Assembly: GCA_024277355.1 (NCBI GenBank)
Contig: JAJRVL010000011.1
Location: 60,001-92,000, forward strand
Reading direction: 5' to 3'
Source: an archaeon
GTDB lineage: Archaea > Iainarchaeota > Iainarchaeia > Iainarchaeales > 1-14-0-10-31-34
DNA length: 32,000 nucleotides
Both the position numbers and the translations under genes were made by a program. Each line of letters opens with the position of its first letter. Position 1 is the first letter of the stretch. Below the pieces are notes generated by a model. The model searched no databases. It had not been told where the DNA came from and was given only the letters and a program-made list of their open reading frames with translations. This document shows positions 6,845-14,558 of this stretch, one piece after another.

Positions 6845-8689
6845 ATGTATTTAATTAAAGAAAACAAAGACAAAAAATATTTGGTTTTATCAGGGAATAA
6901 AGGATTTTATTTAAGGTATTTAGATAATGGATTTAAAACTAAATGGACTGGTTTATGGAAAGATTCAGTGAAATATTTAGAATATTTTGCAGTCAAAGGC
7001 TTAGAAGAAGAAAAATGCATTAAAACAGAATACACTTATGGAAAAGCAGTTTATTATTACAAAGGAATAACAGAAACAAACTTAATTCCAAAAAACAAAA
7101 CAGGTTTATACATAAAACTTGAGTTTGGGAAAGAAAAACAAACTGAAATAGAATTAGCTTTAAATATAAGAAAAAGAGAAGAAAATTTAACTAAAAGAAA
7201 ATATAAAATAAAATTTAATAAAAAGAAAAAAGAAATAAAAATTTCAAATGAATTAAGTGCATTAACTTTTTTTTTAATTAAAGGAGAACTTAATTTTCAA
7301 GAACAATCTTATGAAAAAATTCATTTTCCTTCAGATGAAAAACAAAACTGCTTTATTCCCGGAAAAATTTCAGTTAAAGGAAAAGAAATAATTTTTGGGT
7401 TAATCCCAGAAAAAGAAAAAAAATTAAATAAACGAGAAATAGAAAAAGAACTGAAAAAACAAAAAATTCAAAACAAGAAAACTGAAGAATTAATTAAATG
7501 CAGTTCAAAAGAAATAGAAAAAGGATTTATTAATTCAGTTAAGGCAGTTGAACTGCTTGAAAACAACGGGAATTTTTTTGCTGGTTATCCCTGGTTTCTG
7601 CAGTATTGGGGAAGAGATAATTTATGGAGTTTAAATGCATTAATTTCAGCAGGCAAATTTGAATTAACTGAAAAAGTTTTATTGTATTTCTGGAAAAAAA
7701 ACAGTAACGGAAAAATACCAAACTTTATTGACGGCAAAAAAGTGTTATTTAATTCAATTGATGCTTCATTGTTATTTTTAATTTCCCTGCAGAATTATGT
7801 TTTTGCTTCAGGAAACAAAAAAATTTTAAAGAAAATTAAATACACTGAAGTGTTGGATTTTCTTAAATCAAGAGAAGAAAACAAATTGATTTTTCATGAA
7901 GGAAATGAAACATGGATGGATTCAATTGAAAGAAAAGGAAAAGCAATTGAAATTCAAGCACTATATCTTAAAGCACTACATTGTGCAAGGAATTTAATGA
8001 AATTAGAAGGAAAAGAAAAAGAAGTTCATTTAACTGAAAAAAAAGCTGTTAACTTAAACAGGAAAATAATTGAAGAATTTGAAGTTAACGGAGTTTACAG
8101 GGATTTAGTTAATGAAAAAAATGAATTCATTAAAACATGCAATCCTTTGGTTTATTTAATGGGAAAGAAAGCAGAAGAAAAAGAAATTGCTTTATTTGAA
8201 TCAGAAGAATTTAATGGACTAAAAGGAATTTTAACAAGAAGCAAAAAAGAACAGGGATTTGATTCAGAAGGATATCACACAGGATTAAGCTGGAGTTTAA
8301 TTAACGGCTGGATGAGTTGTGTTGAATTTAAAGCCGAAAAAACAAAAAAAGGATTGTTTTATCTACAAAAATTAATTGAAGATTTAAATCAAGATTGTAT
8401 TGGAGGAATAGGGGAATGCTGGTCTCTTGATGGAAAACTAAAAGGGTGCGGAATGCAGTTATGGGGAAATGCTTTTGTAATTAAAATTATCGATGAATTT
8501 ATGCTAGGAATAAAAATAAATGAATTTGAAAAAAAAGTTTTTTTAAAACCGCAATTGCCTGAAAAAATTAATTTAATTAAAAGAAAAATAAGAATTGGAA
8601 ATACTTGGTTTGAACTTATTGTTGAAAGAAAAAAAAGAAAGGTTTCAGCTAAAACAGACAACAAGAAAATTAAAATTGAATTTTATTGA
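6845..8689 (+). CDS. Glycogen debranching enzyme-like protein (amylo-alpha-1,6-glucosidase, GDE_C-type barrel)
   Basis: About 614 aa counted from the ATG at 6845; the ORF track uses a TTG at 6836. The C-terminal half carries the GDE-type block AGYPWFLQYWGRDNLWSL, then IPNFIDG, ETWMDS, EIQALYLKAL and GLSWSLINGW. Confidence 0.75.
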   Translation: MYLIKENKDKKYLVLSGNKGFYLRYLDNGFKTKWTGLWKDSVKYLEYFAVKGLEEEKCIKTEYTYGKAVYYYKGITETNLIPKNKTGLYIKLEFGKEKQTEIELALNIRKREENLTKRKYKIKFNKKKKEIKISNELSALTFFLIKGELNFQEQSYEKIHFPSDEKQNCFIPGKISVKGKEIIFGLIPEKEKKLNKREIEKELKKQKIQNKKTEELIKCSSKEIEKGFINSVKAVELLENNGNFFAGYPWFLQYWGRDNLWSLNALISAGKFELTEKVLLYFWKKNSNGKIPNFIDGKKVLFNSIDASLLFLISLQNYVFASGNKKILKKIKYTEVLDFLKSREENKLIFHEGNETWMDSIERKGKAIEIQALYLKALHCARNLMKLEGKEKEVHLTEKKAVNLNRKIIEEFEVNGVYRDLVNEKNEFIKTCNPLVYLMGKKAEEKEIALFESEEFNGLKGILTRSKKEQGFDSEGYHTGLSWSLINGWMSCVEFKAEKTKKGLFYLQKLIEDLNQDCIGGIGECWSLDGKLKGCGMQLWGNAFVIKIIDEFMLGIKINEFEKKVFLKPQLPEKINLIKRKIRIGNTWFELIVERKKRKVSAKTDNKKIKIEFY

Positions 8690-8721
8690 AAAAAAATAAT
8701 AGAAATAAAATTGCATTAATC

Positions 8722-8764
8722 AAAAAAAAGTTAATTAAAATAAAGTGAAATAAAAAAAAGTTAA
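8722..8764 (-). terminator. Repeated oligo-T tracts downstream of the phosphohexomutase gene
   Basis: The 13-mer AAAAAAAAGTTAA occurs at 8722..8734 and 8752..8764 (plus strand). On the minus strand each reads TTAACTTTTTTTT, giving T8 archaeal-type termination signals just past the TAG stop at 8775. Confidence 0.4.
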
Positions 8765-8774
8765 AGTAATTTTT

Positions 8775-10142
8775 CTAAAAATCAATTTTAACGCAGTCAA
8801 ATTCATTTAGTTTCTGCCTGAATTTAGATTTAATTTCCTCTAATTCGTTTTGAGTTTTTGCTTCAAATCTTAATACTAAAACAGGCTGAGTGTTTGATGC
8901 ACGAACTAAACCCCATCCATTATCAAATAAAACTCTTGCTCCGTCAATGTCAATTACTTTATGATTTTTCTTAAAGTATTCTCCTACTATTTTAACTACT
9001 TCAAATTTTTTTTCATCTGAACAATCTACTCTGATTTCAGGAGAAGAAAAATATTTTGGGGCATCAGATAATAATTCAGATAATTTTTTATCTGAATTTG
9101 AAAGAATTCTTAAAATTCTTGCTGAAGCATAAATTGCATCATCAAAACCAAAAAATTCATCTCTGAAAAACATATGCCCTGACATTTCTCCTGCAATTAA
9201 AGCATGTTCTTCAATCATTTTTGCTTCAATAATACTGTGCCCAGTTGGAGATAAAATTGGAATTCCATTATGGTTTTTGATGTCTTCAATTAAAGCCTGA
9301 GAGCATTTAACTTCAACTAAAATTTTTGATTCAGGTTTTTTTGCTAATAATTCCCTTGAAAATAAAATCAATAACTGGTCTCCCCATAAAATTACTCCTT
9401 TGTCATCAACTACTCCAATTCTATCTGCATCTCCATCTAATGCAATTCCAATATCTGCATTAGAATCTTTTACTTTTTTAATTAAGTCAGTTAAAGTTTC
9501 AGGCAAAGTTGGATCAGGATGATGATTAGGAAAAGTGCCGTCAGAAACACAATATAATTCCTGTAATTCAACTCCTAAACTGTTTAAGATTTTTGGAGCA
9601 ATAACAGATCCTACTCCATTACCACAGTCTAAAACTACTTTTAATTTTTTATTTAAAGAAACTTTTTCTTTAATCATTTCAGCATAAATATCTAAAATTT
9701 CTGTTTTTTTTATGCTTCCTTCTCCTTTAAGAAATTCATCTTTTTCCATTAAATGCATTATTTTCTGGATTTCTTCTCCAAAAATTGCATGGTTTTCTTT
9801 GGAAATCTTAAAACCGTTAAATTCAGATGGGTTATGTGAACCTGTAATCATTACTCCTCCTGAAGCCTTAAAATGCACTACAGAAAAATAATAAGCAGGA
9901 GTAGGAACTAAACCTACATCAATTACATCAATTCCAGTTGAAACTAATCCACGAATTAAATGCTTTGAATAAGAAGGAGAAGAAGGCCTGTTATCATAAC
10001 CTACAACAGCTGATTTTCCTCCGCTTTTAATTATATAAGTTCCTACAGCTTTACCTAAAGCTTCAGCAAAATCCCCATTTAAATCTTTATTGACTAAACC
10101 TCTGATATCATATTGCCTGAAAATATTCTGATTAACTTTCAT
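8775..10142 (-). CDS. Phosphoglucomutase/phosphomannomutase (alpha-D-phosphohexomutase)
   Basis: 455 aa. Has the catalytic phosphoserine loop TGSHNPSEFNGFK, the Mg-binding loop ALDGDADR, the sugar-binding GEMSGH and the C-terminal phosphate-binding RASNTQP. Confidence 0.9.
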   Translation of the reverse strand: MKVNQNIFRQYDIRGLVNKDLNGDFAEALGKAVGTYIIKSGGKSAVVGYDNRPSSPSYSKHLIRGLVSTGIDVIDVGLVPTPAYYFSVVHFKASGGVMITGSHNPSEFNGFKISKENHAIFGEEIQKIMHLMEKDEFLKGEGSIKKTEILDIYAEMIKEKVSLNKKLKVVLDCGNGVGSVIAPKILNSLGVELQELYCVSDGTFPNHHPDPTLPETLTDLIKKVKDSNADIGIALDGDADRIGVVDDKGVILWGDQLLILFSRELLAKKPESKILVEVKCSQALIEDIKNHNGIPILSPTGHSIIEAKMIEEHALIAGEMSGHMFFRDEFFGFDDAIYASARILRILSNSDKKLSELLSDAPKYFSSPEIRVDCSDEKKFEVVKIVGEYFKKNHKVIDIDGARVLFDNGWGLVRASNTQPVLVLRFEAKTQNELEEIKSKFRQKLNEFDCVKIDF

Positions 10143-10155
10143 TCAAAACCAATAG

Positions 10156-10166
10156 AAATATAAAAA
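10156..10166. promoter_or_regulatory. Single central TATA-like element in a 43-bp divergent intergenic region
   Basis: AAATATAAAAA is centred 19 nt from the phosphohexomutase ATG (10142, minus strand) and 25 nt from the galT ATG (10186, plus strand). No other A/T box fits in the 43 bp. Confidence 0.45.
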
Positions 10167-10185
10167 CCAAAGCATTAAAGACATT

Positions 10186-11172
10186 ATGGAAGCAAACGAA
10201 CTGAGAAAAGATTACTTAATGGATGAATGGTCAATTATATCCAAAAACCGTTCTTCACGCCCTTTTGATCATAAAACATCAGAAAAATTAAAAGAAACAG
10301 AAAAAATTGAAGTGGATGTAAACTGCCCTTTTTGTTTAGGAAATGAAAAACAGACTCCTCCTGAAATTTTCAGAACAGGAAGCAAAATTAAATGGAATTT
10401 ACGGGGATTTGCAAACAAATTTTCTGCAATGCAGACAGAAAAAGAATTTTCAATTCAAAAAAAAGGGTTGCTTGAATTTGATGATGCTTTTGGTTATCAT
10501 GAAGTAATAGTTGAAACAAATAATCATTCAAAAGAATTAGCTGAATTAAATAAACAGGAAATGACTGAATTATTTACTGCATACCAAGAAAGAGAAAACA
10601 AATTAAAGAAAAGAAAGGGAGTAAAACATGTTTTAATAATAAAAAATTTCGGCAAAGAATGCGGGGCTTCATTAAGGCATAATCATTCACAATTAATTAC
10701 TTTTCCTTTTGTTCCTCCAAAAATTGAATTAGAAATAAAAAAAGCAGAAGAATTTTTTAAAGAAAAAGGAAAAAACGTTTTTTTGGAAATAACTGAAACT
10801 GAAAGCAAAACAGAAAGAAAAGTATTTGAAAACGAAAATTTTGTTGCTTTTACTGCTTTTGCACCTAAATGGACTTATGAAACATGGATTACCCCAAAAA
10901 AACAATTTTCTAATTTAAGTGAAATGGATGAAAAAACATTGAAAGATTTAGGAGAAATAACTGAATTTGTTTTAAAAAAAATAAAGAAAAATTTAGGCAA
11001 TGCTTCATATAATTATTTTTTGCATGAATCAATGACACAAAATAAAGCTTATTGTTTTCATTTGAAAATCCAGCCAAACGTCAAAAAAATTTACGGCGGA
11101 ATAGAAAAAGCTTCAGATATAATTTTAATTGAAGTTTCTCCGGAACAAGCAGCAGAAGAACTAAGGAAATGA
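10186..11172 (+). CDS. galT: Galactose-1-phosphate uridylyltransferase family enzyme (HIT-like nucleotidyl transferase/phosphorylase)
   Basis: 328 aa. Has the Zn-site CPFCLGNE, FANKFSA and the HxHxQ active-site motif RHNHSQLI. Length and motif order match GalT-family proteins. Substrate specificity cannot be read from the sequence. Confidence 0.8.
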   Translation: MEANELRKDYLMDEWSIISKNRSSRPFDHKTSEKLKETEKIEVDVNCPFCLGNEKQTPPEIFRTGSKIKWNLRGFANKFSAMQTEKEFSIQKKGLLEFDDAFGYHEVIVETNNHSKELAELNKQEMTELFTAYQERENKLKKRKGVKHVLIIKNFGKECGASLRHNHSQLITFPFVPPKIELEIKKAEEFFKEKGKNVFLEITETESKTERKVFENENFVAFTAFAPKWTYETWITPKKQFSNLSEMDEKTLKDLGEITEFVLKKIKKNLGNASYNYFLHESMTQNKAYCFHLKIQPNVKKIYGGIEKASDIILIEVSPEQAAEELRK

Positions 11173-11233
11173 AAACCTTAATCCATTAAATTTAATAAAA
11201 GAAAGAACAGATTATTAGTGGAAAAACTGTTTT

Positions 11234-11244
11234 GTGATTAAATG
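11234..11244 (+). promoter_or_regulatory. GTGATTAAATG start context (SD fragment GTGAT plus ATG)
   Basis: An identical 11-mer occurs at 17311..17321. GTGATGAAATG is at 22145..22155 (ispD) and GAGATTAAATG at 20890..20900 (dxr). GTGAT is part of the sequence complementary to the usual 16S rRNA 3' end (..GAUCACCUCC..). Confidence 0.5.
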
Positions 11245-13023
11245 GATTATGTTGTATTAGAAGCAAGCTATGAAGTAGCAAACAAAGTTGGCGGAATACA
11301 TACAGTTTTAACAAGCAAATCAGCAAGAATGCAGGAAAAAATTCCTGAATTTTATGAGATTGGACCTTACTACAAAAAAAAAGCACAAGTAGAATTTGAA
11401 GAAAAAGAAATTCCAAATAAATTTCATAAAACTTTTGTTGAAATGGAAAAAGAATTAGGAATAAAATGCTATTATGGAAACTGGGTTGTAGCAGAAAAAT
11501 CTCCAAATTGTATTTTAATTGACCATTTAAACTTAAAGAAAAAAACAAATGAAATAAAAAAAGAGTTATGGGATGCATTTAAAATTGATTCAATGGGAAC
11601 AGACGAATGGTTTAACGAACCGGTAATCTGGAGCAAAGCAGTCGGTTTACTAATAGAAAAACTAGAAAAAAATAAAGTTTTTGGAAATAAAAAAATTGTT
11701 TCACATTTTCATGAATATTTAAGCGGAACAGGATTACTGCATTTAAAAAAAATTAAAAGCAAAACAAAAACGGTTTTTACAACTCATGCAACAGTTTTAG
11801 GAAGAACAATAGCTGAATCAAGAAAACAGGATTTATATGAATTAATTGAAAAAGGATTTAAAGAAAAACAAACTGCATCAAATGAATTAGCTTATTCTTA
11901 TGGAGTTCAGTCAAAACATTTATTAGAAAAAGCATGTGCATTAAATGCTGATGTATTTACTTCAGTAAGCAAAGCAGTAGCAAAAGAATCAGAATTTATT
12001 TTAGGAAAAAAATGCGATTTAATTCTGCCTAATGGATTAGATTTAGATAAATTTCCAATAATGGAAGACTTAAGTATTTTACATAAACAATACAGAGACA
12101 GAATAAGGCATTTTATTGAAGCATATTTTTATCCATATTATTATTTTGACATAAAAAAAACTTTGTTTTATTTTATTGCGGGAAGATATGAATTCCACAA
12201 CAAAGGAATAGACTTGTTTATTGATGCCTTAGGAGAATTAAATAAAGAACTAAAAAAACAGAAATCAGATTTAAAAATAATTGCTTTTATCTGGATTGCA
12301 GAAGAAACAACAGCAAGAAATTTAGCTGTAATGGAAAACATGGTAATACACCAAACCATAGAAGATTTAATGGAAAGAGAACTGCCTAATATTCAAAGAC
12401 AATTATTTAGAAATTTAATGGAAGGCCAAAAACTGGAAACAAATTTATTTGAAAAAGACTTTTTATTAAATTCAAAAAAAATGGCTTTAAGATTAAAAAG
12501 CAAAAAAGAAGTTTTGCCTCCAATAAGTGCATTTGAAACAAGAGAAAATGAAATATTAAAATCAATTAAAAGAAATAATTTATTAAACAAAGAAGAAGAC
12601 AAAGTCAAAATCATTTATTATCCAACTTATTTAAGTACTGCAGATGGATTAATCGGATTAAATTATTATGAAGCAATAATCGGATCACATTACGGAATTT
12701 TTCCTTCTTATTATGAACCCTGGGGTTATACTCCATTAGAAACTGCTGCTTTAGCTGTTCCTTCTGTGACAACAGATTTAGGAGGATATGGGCAGTTTAT
12801 TGAAGAAACATTAGGAAAAAAAGCTGAAGGAAGTATTCAGGTATTAAAAAGAAAAGGAAAAACATACAAAGAAGAAGTAAAAGAAATGAAAAATAAAATG
12901 AAAGATATTTATTTAATGACAAAACAGCAGAGAATGCAGAAAAAAATTAATGCAAAAGAATATTCTTTTTTGGCTGACTGGCGAAACTTAATTGAAAATT
13001 ACATTAAAGCATATGAAAGCTAA
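11242..13023 (+). CDS. Glycogen synthase, GT3 (eukaryote-type) family
   Basis: 593 aa. Shows long colinear matches to my recollection of yeast/animal glycogen synthase: EVANKVGGIHTVLTSK, HFHEYLSG, FTTHATVLGR, ADVFTSVS, ILPNGLD, LFYFIAGRYEFHNKGIDLFIDAL and GIFPSYYEPWGYTPLE. GTGATTAAATG is the start context. Confidence 0.9.
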   Translation: MDYVVLEASYEVANKVGGIHTVLTSKSARMQEKIPEFYEIGPYYKKKAQVEFEEKEIPNKFHKTFVEMEKELGIKCYYGNWVVAEKSPNCILIDHLNLKKKTNEIKKELWDAFKIDSMGTDEWFNEPVIWSKAVGLLIEKLEKNKVFGNKKIVSHFHEYLSGTGLLHLKKIKSKTKTVFTTHATVLGRTIAESRKQDLYELIEKGFKEKQTASNELAYSYGVQSKHLLEKACALNADVFTSVSKAVAKESEFILGKKCDLILPNGLDLDKFPIMEDLSILHKQYRDRIRHFIEAYFYPYYYFDIKKTLFYFIAGRYEFHNKGIDLFIDALGELNKELKKQKSDLKIIAFIWIAEETTARNLAVMENMVIHQTIEDLMERELPNIQRQLFRNLMEGQKLETNLFEKDFLLNSKKMALRLKSKKEVLPPISAFETRENEILKSIKRNNLLNKEEDKVKIIYYPTYLSTADGLIGLNYYEAIIGSHYGIFPSYYEPWGYTPLETAALAVPSVTTDLGGYGQFIEETLGKKAEGSIQVLKRKGKTYKEEVKEMKNKMKDIYLMTKQQRMQKKINAKEYSFLADWRNLIENYIKAYES

Positions 13024-13025
13024 TA

Positions 13026-13138
13026 ATTTTTAATAAAACCTTTTTGAAAAGTTTGTTTTTGCAAAGCAAACTAATTTTTGATAAACCTTTTTTTTTAAAA
13101 AGATTTTTTTGATAAAACTTTTTCTGAAAAAGTTTTTT
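13026..13138. repeat. Three tandem imperfect units of about 30-35 nt, each a hairpin, plus a fourth hairpin, in a convergent intergenic region
   Basis: The units at 13026..13054, 13074..13106 and 13104..13138 share TTTTT[AG]ATAAA(A)C(C)TTTTT..AAAA(A)G[TA]TTT. Unit 3 is a perfect 10-bp stem (AAAACTTTTT ctg AAAAAGTTTT, 13114..13136). A further hairpin GTTTGTTTT tgc AAAGCAAAC is at 13051..13071. These probably act as bidirectional terminators. Confidence 0.5.
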
Positions 13139-13331
13139 ATTCAGTTAAATAAAACTTGTTTTTTGAGATTCCAATTTTTCCTTCTCTTGCAAGCCAGCCT
13201 AAAGCAGCAAAAACATGTTCTGATTTAAGTTTAGTTGCTTTTTTTAACTGAACTGCATTCATTGGTTTTTTGTTGTTTAATACATTCCATACAGTTCCTG
13301 CTTTGCTTCCAAAATATTCATTTGATTCCAT
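13137..13331 (-). CDS. Small winged-helix protein (DUF2582-like)
   Basis: 64 aa. The pattern AGTVWNVLNN...MNAVQLKKATKLKSEHVFAALGWLAREGKI matches the small archaeal wHTH family I recall as DUF2582. It is the last gene of the glgA-GH57 minus-strand run. Confidence 0.55.
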   Translation of the reverse strand: MESNEYFGSKAGTVWNVLNNKKPMNAVQLKKATKLKSEHVFAALGWLAREGKIGISKNKFYLTE

Positions 13332-13388
13332 TTTATGCCCTCCTAAGAAAGTTAATTCATTAATATTGTAAAAAATAAATTATTAAAT

Positions 13389-14558
13389 CTATTGCAATCT
13401 TTGCTTTAAATCAGCTAAAACATTAGCATAATTCAAAAAAGATTCATAAGGAGAATCATAAGGATTGAAATATTTATGCACGTCTCCGTCAGCAAACCAT
13501 TTAGTGCACATATAATAAAAATGATCTGAAATCTGCAGTTTTCTCCAGTCCTGAATTAACTTTGGGTTTCTTGAAGCTAAAATTTTTTCTTCTAAAGATT
13601 TAATTTCGTTAAATGCCTGCTGCTGCATTTGATTTTCAAGCCATGCAGATAAATCTCTGTCAACATCAGCCCAAGAAGAAATATAAGGAACATCAAATTC
13701 TCCTACAACAGGAAAATCATTAATTATTTCTGAAGCAGTAGCAAACTCTAATTTTTTTGTTTTAAACATTTCTTTTGGAAGATGCTTTAAAAAATTAAAT
13801 ATTCCTGTTGACTCCCATTGATGTTCACCAAAAGTTTCATAATCCATAAATAAATTAATGCAATGCCCTTTGTTTTGTGAAAGCCATAAAGCATATTTAT
13901 CAGCAGTTAAAGGCCATTCATTCCAGTCTCTTGAAGAAAAACGAAAAGCAATATCATCTGAAAGCTTGTAATTTCTTAACAAAACTTTAATATTTGAATT
14001 TTTAGCTTTGTAAACATAATTAGGGGAACGCCAACCTAAAACAGAAGTTAAACCTTCAGATACAATTCCTTTAAAATTCATTTCTTCTGCTGCTTTAGCT
14101 ATTTCATTTGAATACATTGCTTCAGTGTTACGGAAAATTTTTGGTTTAACTCTAAAAACTTTCTTGAATTTCTTTGAATGCATTTTAACTTGTTTTACAA
14201 ATTCTTTTTGTGAAACTAAATAAGCTAAAGAATGATAATAAGTTTCATCAAATAATTCAACGTTCCCGGAATCAACTAATTTCTGAAATGATTCAACTAC
14301 TTCAGGAAAATGTTCTTCTAATTGATCTAAAAAAACTCCTGTAATGCTGAAACAAAATTTAAATTTGTCTCCGTGTTTTTCAATTAAATCCAGTAAAATT
14401 TTGTTTGTTGGGAGATAACATTTATTTGAAACTCTTTCTAAATAAAATTTATTTGCCAAATCATCAAAATAATTATTGTTTTTTCCTATGTCAAACAAAG
14501 AATAATTCCTTAAACGCAAAGGCTGATGAACATGAAAATAAAGACAAACTGCAGGCAT
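13389..14558 (-). CDS. Glycoside hydrolase family 57 protein (alpha-amylase-like)
   Basis: 389 aa. Has the GH57-type N-terminus CLYFHVHQPLRLRNY, and later FMDYETFGEHQW. Its start overlaps the glgA stop (TAATG at 14556..14560), implying translational coupling. Confidence 0.8.
   Translation of the reverse strand: MPAVCLYFHVHQPLRLRNYSLFDIGKNNNYFDDLANKFYLERVSNKCYLPTNKILLDLIEKHGDKFKFCFSITGVFLDQLEEHFPEVVESFQKLVDSGNVELFDETYYHSLAYLVSQKEFVKQVKMHSKKFKKVFRVKPKIFRNTEAMYSNEIAKAAEEMNFKGIVSEGLTSVLGWRSPNYVYKAKNSNIKVLLRNYKLSDDIAFRFSSRDWNEWPLTADKYALWLSQNKGHCINLFMDYETFGEHQWESTGIFNFLKHLPKEMFKTKKLEFATASEIINDFPVVGEFDVPYISSWADVDRDLSAWLENQMQQQAFNEIKSLEEKILASRNPKLIQDWRKLQISDHFYYMCTKWFADGDVHKYFNPYDSPYESFLNYANVLADLKQRLQ

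Noticed and set aside
13026-13138. Possible mini-CRISPR array, suggested by three direct repeats.
   Set aside because: The units are imperfect, partly overlapping and pure A/T hairpins. There are no unique spacers of regular length and no cas genes in the window. The element fits terminator or REP-like hairpins better.
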